Source: a virus. Taken from it: DNA of 64,000 bases. The translations under genes and the position numbers were made by a program. The first letter of the stretch is position 1; the number at the start of each line of letters is the position of its first letter. The notes below the pieces were generated by a model. That model did not search any database, had not been told where the DNA came from, and saw only the letters and a list, made by a program, of their open reading frames with translations. The stretch spans positions 32,001 through 96,000 of IMG/VR virus record IMGVR_UViG_3300007512_000011, one strand, 5' to 3'. Below, one piece after another: positions 1 to 11,075 of the stretch.

Positions 1-3000
1 AGAGAATCGAAGCAAGTCTTATTCATCTTTGAGGGACGCCACTGTCCTTCTTCATTAAAAAGCATCTGATCTATGCATGTGAATGGTCGTCGGGACATAA
101 TTTCCTGAACTGCTGACTTGCCCACACCCTTGATCGCTGTAAGGGGTGGAACAAAGCCCTTTCTCTTCTCACTGTACACCCAGACATCTGAGGATGTATT
201 AATATCGGGCGGTAAAATCTTGTAGCCTAGTGATTTTATCTCGGCCATAATTTTTCCAAATTTTGGTGAACCATTCCATGTTTGAAGACAGGTCGCAAGC
301 CACTCCTTCTCATAATGTGTATGTAGCCATGCTGAGTAATACGAGTCAACAGCGTACGCTACAGCATGTGATTTATTAAACCCATAGGCAGAGAATGCTT
401 CGATTGTCTCGTATAGCTTAATTGCTTTATTCTCATCCATTCCAGACAGATCAGTTGCACCCCTCACAAATGTTTCTCGAAGCTCAATGCGCTCCCTTGC
501 CTTTTTCTCATTCATGTCAAGTGACTTCTTCACAAGAGTCTTTCTCATCTTATCAGATGCACCCTTGTCAAACCCACAGAGCTTCTGCGCAATAAGCATA
601 AACTGTTCCTGAAAAACAACAAAGCCTCGACTCTCCTTCAGTATTTCCTCAAGAACTGGGTGATCATATGTGATTGAATCGAGGGACTTTCCAGCTGCGA
701 CATACTTTTTGTGGACGTTTGCTGCAAGCGGACCAGGCCTGTAAATTGCTGTGATGGTTGCGAGATCCTCAATAGATCTTGGTTTAGCTTGCACACAGAA
801 CTTCCTGGCTCCAGAATTTGTAAACTGAAAGATCTGGACAAACCTACCGCCGTGATAAATGTACTCCCAGACACTCTGATCATCCATCTTATGATAGCGA
901 CTATTTAGATTCGCATCAAAGAATTCATTGATCTGATCGAATGTAGGTTCTTCAATACCTTGATTTCTCAAAATCAGTCTAATGCTATCCTCGACCATCT
1001 TTAAAGTTGCCAGGCCAAGAAAGTCAAACTTTAAGAACCCATTTTCTTCTAGATGTCTGAAGTTCATTCCTTCAGACCAGGGTGTTTGCAACTCTCCTCT
1101 GACCTTGATGACGGGCATGTGACTCTCAAGATCAGGACAAACGAGAACCCCTCCTGCATGGCGCCCTATTGATCTTGGTTCCATAAATAGAGTTTGGATG
1201 TGCTCTGCAATTTTTGGATATTTCTGCATGAACTGACGATATGATTCGCTATACTTCATACAATCTTCATGTGTCAACACATAAGTTGACTTTTCCTCAT
1301 GATCACCCATTGCACGCGGCATAACCTCTCTTTCAAGGGGCCCTGTTAGCACATTCACTTCTTCAAAGGGTATTCCAAAAAATTTTGACACATCTTTAAT
1401 CAGTGACTTAAGCTTTAGTGTGTTAAAGTTTGACACCGGAATTACAGAATCCTCTCCAAAGAGCTCCCTTGCAACATCAATTAAGACATCCCGATCTCCA
1501 ACATCAGAGTCAATATCAGGCCACGCCACTTTGTGAAGCCCTAGAAATCTCTCAAAAAGCAAGTTATATTGTATTGGGTCTATGTGTGTGATTCCAAGAA
1601 CATAATTGACAAGGCTTCCGCCGCCGGATCCTCTCGCTGGACCGAGAAGCGTACGGGACTTAGACTTTTCAAATACTTTTGTCAGGGTTAGAAAGTAATT
1701 TTCAAATCCGAGCTCCTTAATAACAGAAAGCTCTTCCTTAATTCGATCAACATATTCGGGATCTTGGTGAAAATTATCTTTCACCATTCCATCTTTTACC
1801 TGCCTAACAAGCTGTGTGAATGCAGAGCTTTTAGGCGTGCTAAAGTTTGGAAGCTTTGCCTCGCCATCAAACCACACTTCTTTACACTGATCCCATGCAA
1901 TATCGTGCGATCTTTCAATTGCAGACTTAACAAGCTCCTCACTGCCCTCATAAAAGTCGTAGTGATCATAGCTGTGGCGAAATTCATCCCACATCTGCTG
2001 TGCATTTTTTGGATACAGCTCACACTTGAGATCCTCCTTCTCAGGTAAAGTGGGCATTTCATCCCCTCGAGATCCCATTCTTCCCAGTAGTTTATACATT
2101 TCACGAGCTTCCCATAAGTCTGGGTTGCAGTAATGTGAATCAGCTGTTGCCACAAGTGGAACGCCAGTTTTTTTAGAAAGCTCTATTAGACATCGATTCG
2201 CTAAGTTTTGTGCCTCGAGCTTATTAAATTGCAATTCAAGAAAGAAATTCTCACGCCCTACAGCATCGACAAATCGATCCGTCATGTTCTCAAGCTTTGA
2301 CATAACAGCAGAGAGCACAGCGGGATCATCAACGAGAGAAGGTGTAAGATCATCAAATTTTGCATCCGGGAATTGCTGAAAAATTAATCCTGATGGCCTA
2401 CCTCCCACACACGCAGTTGACACAATCAGTCCCTCAGAGTGCTCTTTTAGCATTTTGTAATCAATTCTCGGAAAACGATAAAATCCTTCCTTATATGATC
2501 GCTTCACCAGCCGAAAAAGATTTTGTAATCCGACATAGTTTTTTGCCAACACGACAAGGTGATAGCGCCGCTTCCATTCAGGATATGTTCCTCTTTCTGA
2601 TTTAGATTCATTCTCATTTTCGATGACAAGCCCTTCATTGTCATCATCTTTTTCAATCACAGCACGTTGCTTTTTAGCTTCCCGCTCTAGTCTCACTGAC
2701 TCTCTGTGAGCTTCATAGTCATTTCTCCACTCATCGAGATCATCAACAAAGTAGCATTCGCAACCATAGACATGCTTATATTGCTGCCCTTTTGATTTTA
2801 GCTTCTTTGCATAATTGTGAGCATGAGCTGCTGAATTCATGTGACCATGATTTGTCAGAGCAAAAGCATTCATTCCATTTTCAAGAACAAAGTCTATGTG
2901 CTCATTCGGATACCCTAGACCGTCATAAACACTTGACCCATCATGAGCATGCAGCCCGACAAATCTTTTTGGAGGACCACAAACACCATCTAAGCTCTTC

Positions 3001-3014
3001 TTAAATTTTCCCAT
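1..3014 (-). CDS. dnaE: DNA polymerase III alpha subunit (family C), 3' end runs off the window
   Basis: Not in the ORF track because there is no stop in the window. Manual translation from ATG 3014 gives PHP motifs FVGLHAHDGSSVYDG and ALTNHGH, then GPARGSGGGS (~1620-1650), WPDIDSD (~1505-1525), KFDFLGL (~1010-1035) and AYGFNKSHAVAY (~350-390). Confidence 0.95.
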   Translation of the reverse strand, partial: MGKFKKSLDGVCGPPKRFVGLHAHDGSSVYDGLGYPNEHIDFVLENGMNAFALTNHGHMNSAAHAHNYAKKLKSKGQQYKHVYGCECYFVDDLDEWRNDYEAHRESVRLEREAKKQRAVIEKDDDNEGLVIENENESKSERGTYPEWKRRYHLVVLAKNYVGLQNLFRLVKRSYKEGFYRFPRIDYKMLKEHSEGLIVSTACVGGRPSGLIFQQFPDAKFDDLTPSLVDDPAVLSAVMSKLENMTDRFVDAVGRENFFLELQFNKLEAQNLANRCLIELSKKTGVPLVATADSHYCNPDLWEAREMYKLLGRMGSRGDEMPTLPEKEDLKCELYPKNAQQMWDEFRHSYDHYDFYEGSEELVKSAIERSHDIAWDQCKEVWFDGEAKLPNFSTPKSSAFTQLVRQVKDGMVKDNFHQDPEYVDRIKEELSVIKELGFENYFLTLTKVFEKSKSRTLLGPARGSGGGSLVNYVLGITHIDPIQYNLLFERFLGLHKVAWPDIDSDVGDRDVLIDVARELFGEDSVIPVSNFNTLKLKSLIKDVSKFFGIPFEEVNVLTGPLEREVMPRAMGDHEEKSTYVLTHEDCMKYSESYRQFMQKYPKIAEHIQTLFMEPRSIGRHAGGVLVCPDLESHMPVIKVRGELQTPWSEGMNFRHLEENGFLKFDFLGLATLKMVEDSIRLILRNQGIEEPTFDQINEFFDANLNSRYHKMDDQSVWEYIYHGGRFVQIFQFTNSGARKFCVQAKPRSIEDLATITAIYRPGPLAANVHKKYVAAGKSLDSITYDHPVLEEILKESRGFVVFQEQFMLIAQKLCGFDKGASDKMRKTLVKKSLDMNEKKARERIELRETFVRGATDLSGMDENKAIKLYETIEAFSAYGFNKSHAVAYAVDSYYSAWLHTHYEKEWLATCLQTWNGSPKFGKIMAEIKSLGYKILPPDINTSSDVWVYSEKRKGFVPPLTAIKGVGKSAVQEIMSRRPFTCIDQMLFNEEGQWRPSKMNKTCFDS

Positions 3015-3057
3015 TTACCTTCCAGGTAGGAGCATAAACATTACTCCTTTCATAAAC

Positions 3058-4949
<1,892 letters not shown>

Positions 4950-5009
4950 TCACGTCTCCTTATGACGACAGTATAAATGTAGACACCAAATTTAGAAAGA
5001 AAACCCTTT

Positions 5010-6044
5010 TTATTGCTCTTTTTGAATTTTTTTCAAATTCAAAATCAGGTCTCTCTCCTGTTTGGTTATTTCAGTGGGCACTTCAAGACAGAGATGCACC
5101 ATTTGATCACCTATAACACCCTCTCTCTTCATTCCCTTTCCAGACAATTTAACTACTGTGCCGTGCTGTGTACCGGGTGTCACCTTAAGAGAAACTTCAC
5201 CTGATAGTGTCTCAACAGTGACAGTTCCACCTAGAACAGCAAGCGGATACGAGATGTGCTTACGACAGTGTAGATCGTTCATCTCTCTCTCAAACTTAGG
5301 ATGAGGAACAACATCAACTCTAATGTATAGATCACCTGGCTGATTCGATGCTGGATGATGATTTCCTAGATTCTGAATTCTTAATCTTTCTCCGCTCATG
5401 ATTCCTACAGGAATGGTGAACTTTATCGCTCGAGGCTCTTGAACTCTTCCCAAGCCCTTACATGACTTGCACGGATTCTTAATAGTACTTCCGGAACCCT
5501 GGCAGTGACCACAAGTCATTGATATATTTAGAAAAGCAGCAGTGTGATGCATCTTACCAGAGCCGTTACAGTTGGGACAAGTCTGAACATCAGATGGATC
5601 TCTAATGCCCGCACCGCTACATTTGTCACATATGATCAAACTGTTATAGGTTGTCTGTTTTTCAATGCCTGAAAATGCTGACTCTAGAGAAATAGTCACC
5701 AGTATTTCAACATCCTCGCCTACTTGTGGACCCGAATCTGGCTGGCTATGCCCGCTAAAGAAAGATTCAAATCCAAAGTCTTTAAAGAAGCTTTCAAAAA
5801 TGTCATGTGGGTTATCTGCAAACGTCGTAAAATTTCGTGTACCTCCCAGATCATATTGCTTTCTTTTCTCGGGATCAGATAGCACCTCATATGCCTCAGA
5901 TGCTTCTTTGAACTTTGCTTCTGCATCTGGATTATCTGAATTTCTATCAGGATGATATTTTAATGCTAGCTCTCTATACACTTTCTTGATATCATCCTGT
6001 GATGCACTCTTGTCAACTCCTAACACACTGTAAAAATCAGACAA
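5010..6044 (-). CDS. dnaJ: Class A co-chaperone DnaJ
   Basis: J domain with HPD, F-rich linker, four CxxCxGxG repeats and a C-terminal PGDLY domain. Confidence 0.96.
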   Translation of the reverse strand: MSDFYSVLGVDKSASQDDIKKVYRELALKYHPDRNSDNPDAEAKFKEASEAYEVLSDPEKRKQYDLGGTRNFTTFADNPHDIFESFFKDFGFESFFSGHSQPDSGPQVGEDVEILVTISLESAFSGIEKQTTYNSLIICDKCSGAGIRDPSDVQTCPNCNGSGKMHHTAAFLNISMTCGHCQGSGSTIKNPCKSCKGLGRVQEPRAIKFTIPVGIMSGERLRIQNLGNHHPASNQPGDLYIRVDVVPHPKFEREMNDLHCRKHISYPLAVLGGTVTVETLSGEVSLKVTPGTQHGTVVKLSGKGMKREGVIGDQMVHLCLEVPTEITKQERDLILNLKKIQKEQ

Positions 6045-6055
6045 GAAAGTACCCT

Positions 6056-6496
6056 CTACTCTATTGATCCATAGTAGGGTTCAAAGAGAAGCTCATTGCT
6101 ATCATTGCATCTCGAAAGATAATCATCAAGATCCTGAAATGATGTACAGACCTTTATGCCTGATTGTGCGAGCATCAAATTAAATGTGGCACCACCAGGA
6201 AGGCCTGCACAAAAATATACAATAGGTGTATCTGAATGATATGCTACACCAGCTTCGAAGATGCTTCCCATATCCTTGTCACGTGTATTACAAATCACAA
6301 AATCATTTCCAAGAATGTGCTCTACATTTCCCTCAAATGTATCCTTCTGTGTTTGCAGATCAGCAGTTGGAGGACAGATGAAAAAATCTTTCGGTGAAAA
6401 ATATTCATAGCCATTTTTTGTTAATAGCTCTTTGATGGTTTCAACCTCCTCAAAAGCTGCAGGTGTGAACCAAGAACTTGCGATATATGCTTTCAT
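6056..6496 (-). CDS. Nucleoside 2-deoxyribosyltransferase / nucleotide N-glycosidase family protein
   Basis: N-terminal YIAS-WF, D-x-G-S-x-x-E-x-G-x-A ([12 protein letters not shown]) and FNLML motifs typical of the NDT/Rcl/MilB superfamily. Confidence 0.8.
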   Translation of the reverse strand: MKAYIASSWFTPAAFEEVETIKELLTKNGYEYFSPKDFFICPPTADLQTQKDTFEGNVEHILGNDFVICNTRDKDMGSIFEAGVAYHSDTPIVYFCAGLPGGATFNLMLAQSGIKVCTSFQDLDDYLSRCNDSNELLFEPYYGSIE

Positions 6497-6498
6497 TA

Positions 6499-7479
6499 TT
6501 ATTCCTTTGTATTCTTATAGGCTGTTTCAAGATTAGTAATTTCATCTATCAGTCCATTCCAAATCTGACGAAACTTTGTGTTTCCCTCAGACTCCTCAAC
6601 GGGCGGATTTGTTCCATTTAGGTCATATCGATGTGCCTGATAGATTGTATCATTTGGATGATATTCTATGTGCTTATCACTATCAGAATCAGGCCAGTAT
6701 AAATTTGTACCTGTTCCAGATCTCAGATTTCTAATATAATGCCAGGCAGGACCTGTCAGTGCTTTTGTACCAATAACAGCACTAGCTTCAGGGAGGACCT
6801 TGATAATTTCAAGAGCCATTTTCGCTGCAATGAGATTATCAACTGCAGGCTGAATTTGCTTATCAGCCCGCTGCTTAACAAGCCCGATAATATCCTTTAG
6901 ATTAAACCTTCCGTAATAAAATGTTGACAAACACTTTGGCAAGATTGTACGAGCATCCATCATGGAAATCTGATTGGTATCAACCATGTCGGCATAGAGC
7001 TGCTTGGCATCGTCAACATGACGCTTCCATCGACGATAAAGCTCAGGACTATTTTCAACCGAAGAAGGAACAAGGCATGGCTCATGATGCAAGAATCTAT
7101 CACCTGTACACTGTGCAGCAAAAGATCCAGCTCGATGTCGAATTAGATGAGTCACGGTCTGCAAATCAATGCCGGCAAACTTAAAGGTAAAGCTGAAGAT
7201 CTCCATTGGTGTCGGCAATGCACGAAAGCAAAGCACATCCTCGAGATTTTCACTAAGCTCTAGCTGTGAAGCTCCTGAAGGGTTTGTGTAGTCTGGTTGA
7301 TCCGCCCACGTTGCCTTCACAAATCTCCACGCGACATCTCTCATCTGCTGGGGAGTTGGGTGATCTACAAGCTCAATATCTAGTGCATCGAGATCATTTA
7401 AGAATTGCGTTGTTGGATCTTCATCAAATCGAAGCGCCATTGGCAATTTTACAGGTTCAAGGTTTTTATCTTGTGGCAT
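6499..7479 (-). CDS. Divergent flavin-dependent thymidylate synthase (ThyX/Thy1-like)
   Basis: EIFSFTF, HLIRHRAGSF, DARTILP and N-x8-QRAD-x3-Q correspond to ThyX blocks. The active-site loop is divergent (AQCTGDR). Confidence 0.8.
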   Translation of the reverse strand: MPQDKNLEPVKLPMALRFDEDPTTQFLNDLDALDIELVDHPTPQQMRDVAWRFVKATWADQPDYTNPSGASQLELSENLEDVLCFRALPTPMEIFSFTFKFAGIDLQTVTHLIRHRAGSFAAQCTGDRFLHHEPCLVPSSVENSPELYRRWKRHVDDAKQLYADMVDTNQISMMDARTILPKCLSTFYYGRFNLKDIIGLVKQRADKQIQPAVDNLIAAKMALEIIKVLPEASAVIGTKALTGPAWHYIRNLRSGTGTNLYWPDSDSDKHIEYHPNDTIYQAHRYDLNGTNPPVEESEGNTKFRQIWNGLIDEITNLETAYKNTKE

Positions 7480-7509
7480 ATGAGAATCCTTTGTAGTAAT
7501 TTTATGCTG

Positions 7510-8451
7510 TTAGAGAGAATGTTTATTTAAAAAGAGTCGTAAAAAATCTTTTGAGTCATCATACATTGATATGTTTTCGCGACCCTCTAGTTCAGTGTTA
7601 TATGATGTTCTTGGAGAATAGACATGAATACCGTGCTTTGCATACTCAGCTGCATGCTTTGCTGAATCATCGATTGCACAGACGACTTTTCCAGAATCAA
7701 AATAATCTGACTGTGTGAGCCATCTATACTTTTCAGAGCTAAAGCTAATTCTATCATACTGCAAGCCCGACTCATTTATCCAGTGAAAAGTATCATAACA
7801 ACAAAGCAAATTTTCATTAGGACGGGCAGTCAGTATATGTACCCAATATCCTGCATCTTTAATCTGATTTATAGCAGAGATCATCTTCTTGTTTGGTGCC
7901 AGATTGCGTAATTCTCTTTCTCTGATGAAGTCAAAAAAGACCTTTTCCGGATTTAACCCAGCTGCTTTTACCTCTGATGTTGTATAGTATTCAGAAGAAT
8001 TTCTATCGATCTTAAGATTATGATTTTTCTCCAACCACTCTATAAATCCCGATCTGAATTCTATTATGACATCGTCCAAGTCAAGAATTATTACCTCTTG
8101 GCCCTCCCATTGGCTCTTAGATGATTGATAACGGGTGTGCAAAAAGAGGTCTTTGTCATGAAACGCAGAGACAAACTGATCACTCGAAATGTCCCACAGA
8201 TTCAAGATAGCCAAAATATATCGAAATACATCAACAGACTCATACAGAATTTTCGTTTTATTGACAGGTACGATTTCACTAGTGTGATCTTTATAGTTTA
8301 GCCCAGACACTAGAGAAGAGACCTCTGCGTGCAATGCTAGAGAAAAAGACTTTGTAGTCTCTTCTTTCTGCTTCTCTGAAAGCTTGTCAGAGCTGTAGAA
8401 CAGATCATTAAAAACTCTCTGTCTACTAAAAAGGTCGTCGATGGTTGACAA
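7510..8451 (-). CDS. Fusion of all-alpha dUTPase/MazG-like domain and HAD 5'(3')-nucleotidase (NT5C-like)
   Basis: N-terminal AEVSSL...ESVDVFRY. C-terminal HAD motifs LDLDDV, ILTAR, K and IDD. Confidence 0.75.
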   Translation of the reverse strand: MSTIDDLFSRQRVFNDLFYSSDKLSEKQKEETTKSFSLALHAEVSSLVSGLNYKDHTSEIVPVNKTKILYESVDVFRYILAILNLWDISSDQFVSAFHDKDLFLHTRYQSSKSQWEGQEVIILDLDDVIIEFRSGFIEWLEKNHNLKIDRNSSEYYTTSEVKAAGLNPEKVFFDFIRERELRNLAPNKKMISAINQIKDAGYWVHILTARPNENLLCCYDTFHWINESGLQYDRISFSSEKYRWLTQSDYFDSGKVVCAIDDSAKHAAEYAKHGIHVYSPRTSYNTELEGRENISMYDDSKDFLRLFLNKHSL

Positions 8452-8452
8452 T

Positions 8453-8839
8453 CTAATATCCGTCTTTTAATCTACTGTGGATTATTTCATCTTTTAAAAC
8501 ATAAGCCTTGTATAGATCATCTGCATCATAGCCGGCAAGGATTATCAGTGAGAAAAAATAATTGAAAGCATCAACTATCTCTTCCAGGAACTCCCTATCA
8601 TCGAATTCTTCGATATTTGTAACCCGATGTGGTTTCCAGTTTTTCAAATGCTGCAAAGCCTCAAACATTTCCTCTACACCGCGCAGTGCCATATCACGAC
8701 AAAGCTGCTGATTTTCTTTTTTCTTTAGATCAATCGGCAATTCTGGATATGCTTCTGGGAAGCTTTTTCTCAATTCCTGCATGAATGACTTCCGAAGCTC
8801 AAACATGCTAATCAGCCTGTCTTTCATCTTCCTCGGCAT
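8453..8839 (-). CDS. Dimeric all-alpha dUTPase/dCTPase (T4 gp56-like)
   Basis: EEMFE, NWKPH, EEIVDAFNY and C-terminal Y-x-x-K...R-x-x-x-GY pattern. Confidence 0.8.
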   Translation of the reverse strand: MPRKMKDRLISMFELRKSFMQELRKSFPEAYPELPIDLKKKENQQLCRDMALRGVEEMFEALQHLKNWKPHRVTNIEEFDDREFLEEIVDAFNYFFSLIILAGYDADDLYKAYVLKDEIIHSRLKDGY

Positions 8840-9056
8840 CCTGAATTTGTGAAACCTCTTCTAGCAATTGTGACACTTGATTCTCAGAAACTTCTCTGTA
8901 CTCAGGTGTTAACACTAGTGTGCTGTCATCTAGTTCAGAGCTTGTCACTCTAATCATTCTAAGATGATCAATCACGTCTGTTCCGGTGATAATAGCTAGT
9001 TGCACCAGCTTTGCCACCTGGCCTATTACCTCATCTGAAAGTTTATATTCTTCCAC
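8808..9056 (-). CDS. Hypothetical protein
   Basis: 82-aa ORF, GTG start preceded by GGAG, tightly packed between neighbours. Confidence 0.7.
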   Translation of the reverse strand: MEEYKLSDEVIGQVAKLVQLAIITGTDVIDHLRMIRVTSSELDDSTLVLTPEYREVSENQVSQLLEEVSQIQDAEEDERQAD

Positions 9057-9065
9057 GTCTTTCTC

Positions 9066-9872
9066 CTAATTTTGAACCTCGGGAACCCAGTGTGTAGTTC
9101 TTCCGTCAGAAGTTCTTTCCTTGATTACTTGATTACCGATTGGATCAACATCCTGATTATAAACAGCAAATCTTCTAGTGTATTTGCCAGAATTTCCATC
9201 AAAATCTTGATATGTGGAAATAGTTGCACCGCCAGTCCTATAAGACTCACGGATAGTTGATTTTATGCTTTTATTTAAAGCAGAAATCTCTCGATCACTA
9301 AGACTACTACAAAGTCTATGGGGAGAAATTCTGGCCATATATAGTGATTCTGCTTTTAGATAATTTCCAACCCCTGCGATCACAGATTGATCCATTACTG
9401 CCTGGACAATAGTTTTATTCTTTCTTTTTCTTAGAGCATTTTTAAATTCAAAATCAGTTATATCTTGTGATAGCATATCTGGGCCTAGCTTTGTGAGCTT
9501 GCGACACAAGTAGTCATGACCTTTTACAAACCTTAGTGTTCCAAAGTTACGCATATCATTAAAGAAGATCTCATCATCTTCAATGGTTAATTTAACCCTA
9601 CTATGTTTCGTCGCCCCTGACTGCCATGTACCTGACATTCCCAATGTGCTCCAGATGCTCCAGCCTTCATCTAGCTTAAAGTAAATAAATTTTCCATGAC
9701 ATTCAACAGAAGTTATCATTCTTGGTAAATTTTTGATAAGATCAAATGATCCCTCTGGAGGGCCGTGCCTTGTGTATCTTCCACTTAACAAATCAATCTT
9801 AAGTAAACATTTTTCTGTGAGCCTCTCTGATAAAGCGTCAACGATATGTCTAACTTCTGGACCCTCTGGCAT
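9066..9872 (-). CDS. Fpg/Nei family DNA glycosylase/AP lyase, zinc-less finger type
   Basis: True start at MPEGPEV (catalytic Pro/Glu; ATG 9872, not 9959). GKFI, LGMSG, FNDMRNFG, H2TH DQSVIAGVGNY and GRTTHW are present, with no C4 zinc finger. Confidence 0.93.
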   Translation of the reverse strand: MPEGPEVRHIVDALSERLTEKCLLKIDLLSGRYTRHGPPEGSFDLIKNLPRMITSVECHGKFIYFKLDEGWSIWSTLGMSGTWQSGATKHSRVKLTIEDDEIFFNDMRNFGTLRFVKGHDYLCRKLTKLGPDMLSQDITDFEFKNALRKRKNKTIVQAVMDQSVIAGVGNYLKAESLYMARISPHRLCSSLSDREISALNKSIKSTIRESYRTGGATISTYQDFDGNSGKYTRRFAVYNQDVDPIGNQVIKERTSDGRTTHWVPEVQN

Positions 9873-9917
9873 AAAAACCCCTGTAGAAATGTTACCACTT
9901 AAATTCAAAGTGTTCAA

Positions 9918-10577
9918 ATGAAAAGAGTAATCATTTCCGATACACACATAGGCAGTCAATTCTACAAATCAAGTGAGCTATTAAGCTTTTTAACAAGTGA
10001 AAGCTATGATCAGCTTATTCTAGCCGGAGACATTATTGATTTCATAAAAATCCCGGTCTTTACCAATCGGTGTAAAAAGATTCTAGAAACAATCGATTAT
10101 CAGAAAGAGATCATCTATGTAGTCGGAAATCACGATGAAAGCTTAGTCGGTCTAATAGGAGACAACCTTTTTGGCATTAACTTTGTCAAAAAATATGAGT
10201 TTGAAGAAGGAGGCAGAAAATTTAGAATAGAGCACGGTGATGAGTACACCAAAGGTGCACTGCATAATAAGCTCTTTGTAACACTTCTGTCTGTCATCCA
10301 GAACATTCTTGAATTCACATTTAAGTTTGACTTTACTACATGGTGGACAGGAATTCAGATTAAGCGTCACAAATTACGAAGCGTCATTCATGTGCTTAGG
10401 CACAATGAAGATGTGGATGTCTTTATAATGGGACACACCCATAATCCTGAAGCGTTAATATGGGTGGACGAAGATCAACATATTAAGACTTATATTAATG
10501 CTGGCGACTGGGTCACTCATCAAACCTATGTCACTATTATTGATAGTATCGCTCGATTACGAAAGTTCGAATCATAG
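9918..10577 (+). CDS. Calcineurin-like metallophosphoesterase (LpxH/UDP-2,3-diacylglucosamine hydrolase-like)
   Basis: ISDTH, GDIID, GNHD, HGD, GHTH and NAGDW motifs. The only plus-strand gene. Confidence 0.85.
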   Translation: MKRVIISDTHIGSQFYKSSELLSFLTSESYDQLILAGDIIDFIKIPVFTNRCKKILETIDYQKEIIYVVGNHDESLVGLIGDNLFGINFVKKYEFEEGGRKFRIEHGDEYTKGALHNKLFVTLLSVIQNILEFTFKFDFTTWWTGIQIKRHKLRSVIHVLRHNEDVDVFIMGHTHNPEALIWVDEDQHIKTYINAGDWVTHQTYVTIIDSIARLRKFES

Positions 10578-10596
10578 CATCTCATCTAATGCATGT

Positions 10597-11031
10597 TTAA
10601 GCAACCTGAGCAGTTTGATTTTTTAACCATGTGTGATAGTCATTTAGGGCATTATCTCTGGGTTGCACATCTTTCCAATCGCCTAAGCAAAAAATACGAT
10701 AAGCATCGGAAGCATACTTTCCGATCCCGTAGAGAACTTCTGGGTTATCCCTCCACTTCTTGTTGATGTAATCATCAGACATTCTCACCAGGGCCTTAGA
10801 TCGTCTCTGTGACAATCCTAGCGGCTGTATCATAGTCTTGACATCTTCAAGATTTGCATTCGACGCTGCTTGTGGAGTTGGGTATTTTAGAAAAAATTCC
10901 CACATATACGGTTCTGCATCAACCCTTTTTGTTAGGTTGCAAAAGATACATGCGACAAATATTTTCCAGGGATCCTGCCAAAGATGCTCTTGAATGAGAT
11001 TGTAAGGTGAGCGTGGGGGCTGCCAGGACAT
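10597..11031 (-). CDS. Stand-alone MBD4-type HhH-GPD mismatch DNA glycosylase
   Basis: WQPPRSPYNLIQE-x4-DPWK, KYP, PLGL, HhH LYGIGKY-x-x-D-x-YRIFC and P-x-D-x-x-L-x-x-YH-x-WL closely follow the eukaryotic MBD4 catalytic domain (comparison from memory). Confidence 0.88.
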   Translation of the reverse strand: MSWQPPRSPYNLIQEHLWQDPWKIFVACIFCNLTKRVDAEPYMWEFFLKYPTPQAASNANLEDVKTMIQPLGLSQRRSKALVRMSDDYINKKWRDNPEVLYGIGKYASDAYRIFCLGDWKDVQPRDNALNDYHTWLKNQTAQVA

Positions 11032-11046
11032 AATATCTCCTGAGTA

Positions 11047-11075
11047 ATTTTAAATCATACACTGCATTTTTACAC
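11047..11075 (-). promoter_or_regulatory. Putative sigma70-type promoter for the MBD4-like gene
   Basis: GTGTAA-17 nt-TAAAAT, followed by SD AGGAG and ATG. Confidence 0.45.

Noticed and set aside
638-3004. Small ORFs listed in the first 3 kb
   Set aside because: The region is occupied by the long dnaE frame, which the track missed because its stop codon lies outside the window.
9873-9959. N-terminal extension of the Fpg/Nei ORF overlapping the plus-strand gene
   Set aside because: Fpg/Nei needs an N-terminal proline, so the start is MPEGPEV at 9872 and the overlap disappears.
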